A stretch of 62,969 bases of DNA, the filler included, from Octopus bimaculoides (taxonomy: Eukaryota), in assembly GCF_001194135.2 (NCBI RefSeq). It is 5 parts of 4 records of this genome, joined end to end, with 100 filler letters (N's around TTAATTAATTAA, not from the genome) between each part and the next. Parts side by side here need not be neighbours in the genome. Positions count along the whole stretch, not along the records: positions 1 to 27,034 come from NC_069008.1; 4 more parts are not named here. One strand, given 5' to 3'. Every line of letters begins with the position of its first letter. The first letter of the stretch is position 1. Below the pieces are notes generated by a model. It did not search any database, had not been told where the DNA came from, and saw only the letters and a program-made list of their open reading frames with translations. Position numbers and translations under genes: made by a program. Shown here in pieces: positions 12,721-23,639 of this stretch.

Positions 12721-14090
12721 CCAGTCCTATTTCTTTGCTCTAATTGCCTTGTCTCCAGCACACCACCACATCACCCTAGGTCTTGTTGAGACTTTGTACT
12801 TGCTGCAGACTGGTCTGTGGCATGCAGCAAGCTGTCGTGCAGGAATCCCCAGTTGTCCTCTATATTATTGCTGGATCACTACCAGAACTAGAGAAGAAAT
12901 TTCAGGTATGGAAGCAAATTCTGGAGTCAAAGGGCCTTAGATTTAATGAAGCAAAAGTTAAAGTATTGATAAGTAGGAAAACAGACAAATCACAGGTACC
13001 TACAGGGAGATGACCCTGCTCGATGTATATTAGGATGGTAAAAAATAAATTATAGTGCTTTTCAACTGGCAATTTTTAATCATGCGATCTGTTTTATCAT
13101 GTGAGAGGAACATATGAAATATATATATTTCCTGAATGAGCACATTTTTCTATTTGAATTTTGTGTGGATTATTTACATTTACTGTTCTTAAGATAAAAT
13201 TGAAAATGAAGGAAAATAAAATATATTTTCCTCATTTAATGCTCTTTTATTTCCAGAATGAAAAAATACTGCACAAACAGCAAAGAAGATATATACTGTT
13301 TATGGACGTGGTGTCATAGTTGCAAGTATTGTTTGTAAGTATTGTTTGTAAGGCTGGGTGAAGTTCAGAGAACTCCTACCACTGTTGGTAACAAAAGGCC
13401 TCTCCCTTAGAGTGAAAGGCAGATTGTATGATCCCTGTGTACAAACAGCTATGCTATATGACAGTGAGGATATGTGAAGACTTGAAAGAAATGAAACCAG
13501 TATGCTTTGCTGGATGGATAATGTCAGTGTACATATATGACAGAGTGTGAGTGATTTGAGAGAAAAACTGGGTATATGTGGCATCAGATGTAGAGTGCAA
13601 GAAAACTGAGCTGGTATGGCCATTTAATGCATATGAATGAGGACAGTTGCATCGAGTGGTACCAATCTCTAATTGTAGAGGGAACATGAGGAAGGGGTAG
13701 ACCCAGGAAGATGTAGGACAAAGTGGTGAGAAAGGATCTAAAAAACGTTGGGACTCACAGAGGGGATGACAGGGGACCGAGACTCCTGGCAGTTTGCTGT
13801 GCTTGAAAAGACACATCTAAAAGTGTGGTTGCCCTTGCATACAGGCTTGTCCCTTGCAACCCTTTCCAGCTGAGCATCCCTAATCTTGTGCTAGTGCACC
13901 CATTCTGGTGCTGCATAAAAGCACCCAGTACACTCTGTAAAGTGGTTGGCATTTGGAAGGGCATCCAGTTGTAGAAACCATGCCAAAACAGACATGGAAC
14001 CTGAACAACCCTTCAGCTGGTCAGCTTCTGTCAAACTTTCCAGCCCATGCTAGCATGGAAAATGATGATACAATGATGACGATATGTATC
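12720..14090 (+). mobile_element. RTE-type LINE 3' portion with family-C tail, interrupted by a mariner fragment
   Basis: LPELEKKFQVWKQILESKGLR and SVSDLREKLGICGIRC...TLGLTEGMTGDRDSWQFAVLEKT, followed by a 3' UTR and (GAT)n. Confidence 0.85.
13028..13345 (+). mobile_element. Mariner 5' fragment (TIR + transposase N-terminus)
   Basis: TA-ttaggatggtaaaaaataaatt TIR-like end and a decayed transposase N-terminus (..HLMLFYF...KNTAQTAKKIYTVYG). Confidence 0.7.
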
Positions 14091-14269
14091 ATCATCATCA
14101 TCATCATCATTGGACATCTTTTTTTCCATGCTGACCAGTTTGACAAGAACAGACAAGCCAGGAGGGCTCCAACAAGTTATACATATATATATGTGTTTGC
14201 GGGTGTGTTGGCATGGCAGGTATGGTGTTTATGTATGTAGGCATGCATGTATGTGTGTGGGTGTGTTGG

Positions 14270-14516
14270 TAGAAGGTTTAGTGGTTAGGCTGTTGCATTC
14301 ATGATCTTGATCTCTAGTTTGTGGGTGCAGCACATTGTGTTCTTGAGCAAAGCACTTCAGTTTACATTGTTTCAGTCCCCCTTTTGATCAGGGAGTAATG
14401 CTGGTCTACTTGCCTAGCCAGTGGGGTGGCATCATCCAAAGGTTTAAAACAATGCAAAGCACATTGTGACCAGTGATGTGTAACAACATCTGAGAGTCTG
14501 GTTGGTCATGTGATCA

Positions 14517-14520
<4 letters not shown>
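14270..14520 (+). mobile_element. Additional tRNA-like SINE
   Basis: Head ggtttagtggttagg and conserved-domain-like gtgttcttgagcaaagcacttca. Confidence 0.5.
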
Positions 14521-14563
<43 letters not shown>

Positions 14564-14779
14564 TAAAATCAGAAGCAAAAAAAAAATTTAGAAAGAGGAA
14601 AGTTAATGGCAAGTTTACAGTTAATATTATTCAGTTGACGCTCAAATAAAGAAAAAAAACCCTGATAAAATAAGGTTTCAAACATAATCATTCATCAGAT
14701 ACCAGAGTAAAGACCAGGGAGAGACAAGAAAAAGAGGAAAGAAGATACGAGGTAGTAGCAAAAGATTCTCAGAATAGTT

Positions 14780-15600
14780 AGGTTTAATAAAAAATAACTT
14801 ATTTACCTAAGTTTTAACATCCTCTCATTCAAAATAATCACCTTGCATAGCAATACAATGGCTTCAGCATTCCTGCCACATCTTGAAGAAGAGATGGAAG
14901 TCCACAGGTACTAAATCTGATAAATAGGGTGAATGTGGAAGTGATACCATGTTGTTTTTGGTGAAAAACTCATGTGTGAGGAAAGCTCAGTGACAAGGTG
15001 CATTGTCATTGTGAAGGATCCAATTCTTCGTACTCCACAGATCCAGTCACAAATGCTTCAAAACATTGTAGTAGAACTCTTGATTGACAATCTGGACTTG
15101 GGGGATGAATTCTTGATGCACAATACTGTGGATGTCAAAATAAATGATGAGCAAGCCCTTGACTGAGCTGCTTCTGACTGAAACACCTGTGTCGCTCGAA
15201 ACATTGCATACAACTCATTGCTGTAAGTTTGCTGAAGTATGTTGTAATCTGTGATTTTGTCATGGACAGGAACAAGGAGCCAACGTGAAATTTTGTGTTA
15301 AACTTGTGAAGTCTGCTACAGAGACATTGAGCATGATTTCCATCTCTTTCCCAATTTGAAAATGCAGCTCAAAAGTTGCCATTTTAACACCATTGTCAAG
15401 ATCCAAAGTGAATTGCAGAAGGTCTTTCACTTGCTTATGGAAAACAGCTTCCAGGCTGGATTCCAAAAGTGGCAGGAATCCTGGGACTGCTGTATTGCTG
15501 CGTAAGGTGACTATTTTGAAGGAGACGATGTTAAAACTTCGGTAAATAAGTTAATTTTTATTAACATAATTAGTCCAGGAACTTTTTGATTACCACCTCT
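14780..15600. mobile_element. Mariner-derived element with long imperfect terminal inverted repeats
   Basis: About 14800-14880 is the reverse complement of about 15470-15550, which encodes the transposase end (FQKWQE.WD..IAA.GDYFEGD). It ends gtccaggaactttttgattaccacctctta. Confidence 0.75.
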
Positions 15601-16759
15601 TATGCAAACTGATATATGCATGTACATATGACTATATCTATTTGAAAATACATCTAAAAGTACCTATGTCTTTATATAAAAGTTTATGTCTGTGTATGTG
15701 TTGTCTGTGTGAGAGGATATATACCCGAGCTTATGCTTATATGCGTTCATGCATGTGTGAGTGTATGTGCATATAAATGTATATGTCGATGTTACACATT
15801 TATGCATGGAAAAGAATAAATAGAGCAAAAAAAGAAAGAGAATGGGACTAAGAGAGACAGAGAGGGAGGGGGAGAAAGAGAGAGAATGAAGAAGTTGGGC
15901 AAACATCTGACAGTTGGCCAGTGTGTTTGTGTGTATGTTTGTGCATGTGTGTGTGTATACATGTGCTTGTGTTTGAGTGTGTGTGTGTGCATGTGTGTGT
16001 GTGAATGTGTTTGCGCATACATGGATATGTGTGTGTGGCATATGTTGGACGATTGCATGTAAGTGTGTCTGTGTGTGAGCGTGTAATGTGGGGGAGGAGC
16101 TGCAGGAAGGTGGGTGGTGAGTTGAAGCCAAACAATGTTTAAGTTTGAAGGGAAAAGATGAATCATTGTTCTTTGAGATGCAACACCAAGCCAAACACTG
16201 TAAACTGTATTTACATATTATACATGTACACGCACAAATACTTGCACATTCGTGTGTGTGTGTGTGTGTGTGTGTGTGCACATGTACACACACACACACA
16301 CACACAACTACATAAAAATATTAATACAAATTATATTAATGGAGACAAATTCTCATTATCATCACCAAAAATTACTAGACAAAAACAGTTTTTAATATGA
16401 CTGCTAAAACACAAACAGAAAAATAAATTTCTTAATAAAAATCAAAAAGTTATTCAAATATTGGTTTGATTACAGAGCAAATTGTTCATTATTAGCAATG
16501 TCCCTTTTGGTTTTGCTAGTAATTATCAATTCTATGAGAAACTGTGAAATATTAATGAGAGAATATAGAAGCAAGAAGTAGAAAATAACCTTTGCTCAGT
16601 TAATGAAATTATCTCCACTTTACATCTTGACTCTGGAGCATTTTCATTGGCTAAACAATGACAGCAATAAACAGTGGTTTGGTTGGAAATACTAATGAGA
16701 GATGCACCTCACTTGGAATAACAACAACAACAACAACAACAATAATGATAACAATAACA

Positions 16760-17333
16760 ATAATATTTCTAATTTTGGCACAAGGCGAGCTATTACATTG
16801 ATTGGTACCTTATTTTATCAACTCCAAAAGGATGAAAAGTAAATTACCTTGGCAATATCTGAACTCAGAATGTAAAAAAAAAAAACAGAAATGCTATCCA
16901 ATGTACTAACAATTCTGCCAGCTTTATGCTTTTATGATAACAATTCTTTCTACTATAAGCACAAGGCCTGAAATTTTGTGGGGGGAGGTTAGTCAATTAC
17001 ATTGACCCCAGTGCTCAACTGGTACTTATTTTATCATCACTGAAATCAACTTCAGTAGCATTTGAACCTGGGACATAAAACTGGAAGAAATGCCACTAAG
17101 CATTTTGTCTGATGTGCTAACAATTCTGCCATTTTGCTGCTGAAGTAATAATAAGAAGAATAGCTTATGAATTACCAGTTCCTGCCAAACTGTCGAACCA
17201 ATGTCAGCATGCAAGAAGGATGTTAAATGATGATGATGAATAATAGTTTCAAATTTTGGCACAAGGCCAGCAATTTCAAGGGCTGGGAGTAACTTGATTA
17301 TATCAACCCAAGTACATAACTGGTAATTTACTT
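16760..17333 (-). mobile_element. Tandem SINE family A copies
   Basis: Three consecutive decayed copies. The last is interrupted by the mariner and resumes at 18602. Confidence 0.8.
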
Positions 17334-18601
17334 TACAAAGGTGAGCTGAAAGGTTCATAAGTTGACTATGAATAATTGATGCTGGAGTTGTGAAGTCTTG
17401 AACGCATAAATTTCAAATCTTCTTATTAATAACTGCATTGTTTCTTTCCAAGTAAACTGACATCTGACTGTTTAAAGAAGACATCAAAAGTAACTGAATG
17501 GACACAATTTGGCATCATGGTATTATCAAGTACCTGCAGAAAAAGGGTTTAGCCTCCAATGACATTCATACTGACATGGTTGCTACATTAGGGGATGACA
17601 CTTCTGCTTTATCAACAGTGCAAAAGTGAGCAACTGAATTTATAAGGGAAAGGAAGAGTGTTGAAGATAACCCAAGATCCAGATCTTGGGTTATCTTCAA
17701 GACTCTCCCTTCCCCTTATAAATTCAGCTGCTCACTTTCAGGGAAAACATCGACTGTATTTACCACATGGATGATAGGTGATTGACTATAAATCAAACAG
17801 CCAATGCTAGAAACATATCCCGTGAGTTAAGAATATACTGTACAATGAACGTGGTATGATGTAGGTTTCTGCTCAGTTGATGTCACATCTTCTGACACCA
17901 GGTTGATCTTATCATGGGAAAATCTGACATTGTTTGAGGCAGATCCTGCTAGTTTCCTTACACATTTCCTAAGCCAGGACAAGTGTTGGCTTCATCACTT
18001 TGAGTCAGAAATGAAGCAATCCATGCAGTGGAATCATCCCTCCTCACTTGCTCCAAAGAAGGCCAAGGTCATTTCATCTGCAGGGAAGATGCTGCCTTCA
18101 GTTTTTTTTTTGAGATGCAAAAGATATTGTGTTAATTGACTATCTTCAAAATGGCCACACTATCAATGTAGAGTACTATGCCAACTTGCTGAGGCAGTTA
18201 TGAAAGGCTATCAAGACTAAACACTCAGGAAAACTGACAAAAGGGGTCGTGTTTTATCAGAACAATGTTCCAGCACACAAGTCCTTGGTTTCAATGGTTG
18301 CTATATGTGACTGACTTTGAACTGGTTGATCACCCTTCTTTTTCTCCTGATTTGATCCCATCTGACTAACATATGTTCCCCAACATGAAAAAACATTTAG
18401 TTAGGAACCAGTGTAGTAGTGACGATGATGATGCCATATTTGCTGTTGATGACTTTTTTTTAGCAATGGGATTCAAGCACCTCAGCAATGAGGGAAGAAG
18501 TGCATGAGCTGCAAGAGAGTTTATGCTGAAAAATAAACCTCATTTGTCACATTCCATGAGAGTATCTTGGTCAGCTATGAACTTTTTAGCCAACCCTCAT
18601 A
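17334..18601 (+). mobile_element. Near full-length decayed mariner transposon inserted in a SINE at TA
   Basis: TIRs tacaaaggtgagctgaaaggttcata and tatgaactttttagccaaccctcata. Transposase reads MDTIWHHGIIKYLQKKGL..., WLHHFESE and PDLIPSD..MFP. The SINE sequence is continuous across the site. Confidence 0.9.
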
Positions 18602-19035
18602 TCAAACCTGAAAAAGATGAAAGACAAAATTAACCTCAGTGGTGTTTGAACTGAGAATGTAAAGTATCAGAAGAAATACCATTCAGCATTTTGTCCTACA
18701 AGCTAATGATTCTGTCAGCTCATCACCTTAACAACAACAATAATAATAAAGTCAAGTGAAATGTTGCTAAGCAGTTTGCCTGGCCTGCTAATGGTTCTGC
18801 CAGCTCACCACTTAAACAATTATAACAATAATTTTTTCTTCTATAGACACAAAACCCGAAATTTTGGAGAAGGTGGGTACATCAATTACATTGACTCCAG
18901 TACTCAACTGGTTTTATTTTATTGCCCCAAAAATGTTGAAAGGTAAAGTGGGATCTGAACTCAAATGGTAAAGAGCTGGAATTACTGCAAGGTATTTTCT
19001 TCAATGGCCTAATGATCATGCCTATCTCTCACCTT
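18602..19035 (-). mobile_element. SINE family A copies
   Basis: Head and core matches to family A. Confidence 0.7.
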
Positions 19036-19183
19036 TAATAACAATGATGTGTGAGGATGATGTTGGTAATGTTGACGATGATGATGAGGGGGTAGAGGAG
19101 GAGGAAGAAGAGGAGAAAGAGGAAGGGGAGTGGGAAGAGAAGAAGAAGAAGAAGAAGAAGAAGAAGATTGTTTAGAAACTTAC

Positions 19184-20323
19184 TGCTACGTAACAGTCGT
19201 GTCAATGTTGAGTAAAACTGCTTCTGACGTACATCGAGATATCCAACAGTTTGAAGTGGTTCTGGCACATCACAGTCCTCCAGCATTATTACAATCAAAC
19301 GCTGCTGGTAGAGGCTGGATTCTGTAAGGTTCTGCAAGATCTCCTGGAAGTCAAACCATGTCGACAGGACATAGCTTCGGCTGAGCGCAATCACAACACG
19401 CTCACTGAGCATGGCAGCCCATAGTGTTGACTGGATTGTGCCATTGCTGGTCCTTGTTTTGGAGGTGGTCTTGCCCTTGTTCTTGCTGCCTGTATGGATG
19501 CACTGCTTTACGTTGAGACCATCTTCACTCTCATCAGCACCATCATCGTCGTCGTCATCACTACCATCACCAACACTGCAGTTGCTACTGTTGATGGTGT
19601 TGTTAGGATTGCTTTTGTTGTTGTTGTTATTGATGCTGTTGTTGATGATGATGCTTCTGGTACTGCTGCTTCTGCTGCTGCAGTTGCTGTTATTATTCTT
19701 GTTCTTGATGCTATTGCCGTGGCTAGGACTGCTCTGGCTGATAAGAATGCTAGGAATGCTGGGATTGCTGTAATTGTTATGGCTATGAATGCTGGGATTT
19801 CTATGACCACTTGGAATGCTGGGATTGCCATAGTCGTTGTTGAGAATGCTACATTTGCCATGACTTCTAGGAATGATGGGACTACTCATATTACTAGGAA
19901 TGCTGGGATCGCCAAGGCCACTAGAAATTCTGGGATTTTCTTGATTGCTTTGGGTAGCCTCAGTGGGGCTTGGTTTGGTGTAGTAACATTTATAGTTGTA
20001 TGGACATTCCTCCAGCTTCTTCACAATGCTCTCGATCCATGCAATATCATTGGGGCTGTGTGAAAAGAAAATATGGTAGCGGTATAGGTCCTGCAAGGGA
20101 GGGGCTGGAAAGAAGGAGTCCATGTTGAAGCAGGCATCAGCAGATGTTGTTGCACCACTTTCCATCTTGCTGCCATCACCATCATCATCATCATTATTAT
20201 TGAGCGAGATGGAACAGTCAATGGGACTGTATGTAGTTGTTGGTTCAACTGGAATCTGAGGTGTGTCCTCCTCGTTGCTGGCTGTGTCACTCTGTCCATC
20301 TTCAGGGATCAAGTTCTGGTGAT
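19184..20323 (-). CDS. Internal coding exon of a TIR-domain protein (TIR split by a ~180-aa low-complexity insertion)
   Basis: The minus-strand acceptor is ...ctttcctccacag|ATCAC and the donor is ...CGTAGCA|gtaagt. The exon is 1140 nt, phase 1-1 and fully open. Translation gives TIR-like elements: YHIFFSHS-NDIAWIESIVKKLE-PYNYKCYY, then after the insertion ERVVIALSRSYVLSTW, RLIVIMLEDCDVPEPL and YLD. Confidence 0.85.
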
Positions 20324-20689
20324 CTGTGGAGGAAAGAAAGAAAATAATGAAGAGGGACAAGAAGGCAAAATGAAAAAGAAGAGGAGAAGAAGAGGAACAA
20401 CAGCAACAAAATAACAATAATGATAGTGATAATGATAAGTCATGGCTAAGGCTATGCTGGAGCAGTGCTTTCTGTGATGATGAAGATGATAATGATATTA
20501 GTCATGATGATGATTGTGGTAGTGTCATTAATGATTGATGATAGTGGCAGTGGTGATGGTCATTATTGTAATATTGGGGTTTGTGGAGGCAGGGGTATAG
20601 TAGTCATGGTGGTCATAATGGTGCTGACAATGCTTATGATGGTCACAATGGTTATTGTGATAGCTGTGCTGATACAGTATTAAGGATGT

Positions 20690-21065
20690 TAGATGATGAT
20701 GTACATGGTGTGGATGTGTGGTAAGAAGTTTGCTTCCAGACCACATAGTTCTGAATTCAATCCCACTACATAACCTTCTATTATACCCTCAAGCCAACCA
20801 AAACCTTTTGAGTGGATTTAGTAAATGGAAGCTAAAAGATGGGCATTGTATATGTGTGTGTGTGTGTCTTTGTCTCCCACCACTGCTTGATAACAAGTCC
20901 TGGTGTGTTTATGTCCCTATAACTTAGCAGTTTGTTAAAGAGACTGATAAAATAAGTACTAAGCTTAACAAAAAATAAGTACTGGGGTCGATTCATCTGA
21001 CTAAAAATTATTCATGGCCATGCCCCAGTATGGCCACAGTCTAATGATTAAAACAAATAAAAGCT
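20690..21065 (+). mobile_element. SINE family B (decayed)
   Basis: gtgtggtaagaagtttgcttcc...gagttc-like B box...ccagtatggccacagtctaatgattaaaacaaataaaag. Confidence 0.8.
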
Positions 21066-21127
21066 AATATATNNNNNNNNNNNNNNNNNNNNNNNNNNNN
21101 NNNNNNNNNNNNNNNNNNNNNNNNNNN

Positions 21128-21160
<33 letters not shown>

Positions 21161-21331
21161 AATTAAAATGTCAAGGGAATAAGAAATGATATCATGAACT
21201 AGATAAGCTTACTACTGTTTCTGCTATAAGATGCAATGCACTCATAATTGTCTGCTGGTGAATCACCTTACAACTTCATTGGGGCTTCAAAAATGAAGTG
21301 CAATCTTATTTGGGAAAGTATTTACATTTAC

Positions 21332-21362
<31 letters not shown>

Positions 21363-22046
21363 TATATACATAGAAGCATACTATATACTGAGTTCTAACA
21401 CCAGGTTATTGCTCTGCCTAAGTAAAATAATAAAATATAAAAACTCCCATCTGAAAGAGTTTTAACAACTAATAATCCTATGGGAATGTCTTATTTGGGA
21501 ACTTCCATAAGAAATCTAACTATACCACCAAGAAAAGTTTACCTCAAAATACTGCTACAGTGTACCAATGACTTTCCTAGATACATTTATAAATGCTTTC
21601 CCAATTAAGACTGCACTGGTGAAGATATAGGGTGATACAAAAGCATTCAGCTATGAGTACATTGCATCTGATAGCAGAAACAGTTATAAGCTAATGGAAT
21701 TCATGACATAATTTCTTAATTTCTTATTCTCTTGTCATTTAAGTTTCTTATTACTGTTCTGTACTTGACTGATGCTTTGTCCTGAAGCATATGTATATGG
21801 AGTTCAAACACCAGGTTATTAGTATCCCTATGCCTAAGCAAAACATAAAAAATGCGTGAGTGTGTGTCTTTCTTTGTCCCCCAGTACTGCTTGACAACAA
21901 GTGTTGGTGTGTTTACAACCCCACAACTTAGCATTTCAACAAAAGAGACCAATAAGATCAGTATCAGACTTTAAAAAATAAGTGCTGGGGTTGATTTATT
22001 CAATAAACTTTATCAAGGTGTTACCTCAGCATGACTGCAGTACAAA

Positions 22047-22085
<39 letters not shown>

Positions 22086-22101
22086 TATATATATATGTGT
22101 G

Positions 22102-23364
22102 TACAAGGTGTCTTGAAATTAAGGCAACCAAAGTTTTGGACTTTAATCACTATCAATAAATGTGATAAGATATGAAAATTATCCATCATTATAAAAGGTT
22201 AGTGTCTTCTTTTTGTTTAAGATTAAATAAATTCAAACTTATAAATTAGATAATGGCTTTAGACTGAAATACAATCATAACCCTCCACAAAGAAGGCAAA
22301 AGTAATTCTGCTATAGCAATAAAGTTTAAAATTAACCAAGCAATAGTCTGGAAAATTATCAAGAAATTTCAAGAGACTGGTTCTACTGCTGATCAACCTA
22401 GACATGGCCAAGGAGGAAGTGTACAGACCCCTCAGCTTATCAAAAGTACCAGAGAAAAGATATGGTGAAATCCTTGTTGTTCTGTTAGTAAACTGGCTGC
22501 CATAGCAAAAATAAGCTGAACATCAATGCATCGAATGCTGAAGGAGGAACTCAGGAACCACCCCTACAAGATGGTTTGTTGTCATGAGCTCATGCAAGTT
22601 TATTAGGCCATGAGACTGGAGAAAAGTCGTCTTATCCTGTGTCAGATTGCTGAAGGCACACTACCCAACCTGGTGTTCACTGATGAAAAGACATTTGACA
22701 TCGAACAAACAGTAAATCACCAGAATGACCAATTTTGGAGTGTATCTGGCTCTGTCTAGAGTAGACTCGTAAATCAACATCAAAATCCACAGTCAGTTAT
22801 GGTTTGGGTGACTGTGACTGGAAGATCTCCCCTTTTTTTGTGCCTTTGGATGTTAACATTGACACACAATGATACATTACATTAGTGACATTCTGGAAGC
22901 TGACCTGCATCCAAGGGTGAATAAGTACTTTCAAGACACACATTGGAGCCTCCAACAAGATTCTGCACCATCCCACAGCATGAAACAGACACAACACTGG
23001 ATTCAGGAAAACATTCCATCATTCATAGGCAAGGATGTATGGCCCTCAAGAAGCCCCAATTTTAACTCATTGGATTTTTCTGTTTGGTCCATTTTGGAGA
23101 CTCTTCATGCTTCACTCAATGCTCTGAAGGCAAAACTGTACCAGGAATGGGCTTTGATTCTGCAAGGACAGCTGTTTGCTGTGTGTGAAGCATTCACACC
23201 TAGACATAAGGCTGTTAATCAAAACAGATGATCATATCAAATAAATGTGGTAGTGTCATAATTGTGTTTCCTTTAGCATTGCAATGCTTGGACCCAAAAT
23301 ATAACAATATTTTGTTTTGGCAAATTGAAAAATGACAATTGCTTTAATTTTGAGACACCCTGTA
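22102..23364 (+). mobile_element. Tc1/mariner-superfamily maT (DD37D) transposon, decayed
   Basis: TIRs tacaaggtgtcttgaaattaaggcaa and ttgctttaattttgagacaccctgta. Motifs VFTDEK and QQDSAPSH...WPSRSPNFNSLD, with 37 residues between the last two Asp. Confidence 0.9.
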
Positions 23365-23365
23365 T

Positions 23366-23558
23366 ATAAAGTGATAGCATGTTGTCAACTTAATGTGACA
23401 GTCCCATAAAAGGGAAGAATGTTACTGCTATTCAACCCTAGGAAACACCGTTTCCTGTTGGGCTTGATACATTTCCTGTTTCCTAGGTCTAAATAACAGT
23501 AGCATTCTTCCCTTTTATGGGACTGTCACATTAAGTTGACAACATGATATCACTTTAT
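23366..23558. mobile_element. Hairpin MITE (~67-bp TIRs)
   Basis: ataaagtgatagcatgttgtcaacttaatgtgacagtcccataaaagggaagaatg and its reverse complement. A partial copy lies at ~50055-50160. Confidence 0.85.
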
Positions 23559-23639
23559 CGTGCTGCTACTGCATAAATCTCTCTGAGAGATTTAGAAATA
23601 TATTATTTGTATTTTCAAAAACCCTGTATATATATATAT

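Noticed and set aside
16590-16650. Possible 61-nt minus-strand exon (NENAPESRCKVEIISLTEQ)
   Set aside because: The donor (gttatt) is weak and its phase-2 end has no matching partner.
19130-20299. Plus-strand and alternate-frame ORFs over the TIR exon (e.g. 19494..20063, 19411..19773)
   Set aside because: These are shadows of low-complexity trinucleotide-rich coding sequence with no independent signal.
20324-20417. Hydrophobic N-terminus of the 460-aa ORF as a signal peptide or TM segment
   Set aside because: It is the intronic polypyrimidine tract upstream of a canonical cag acceptor at 20324-20326.
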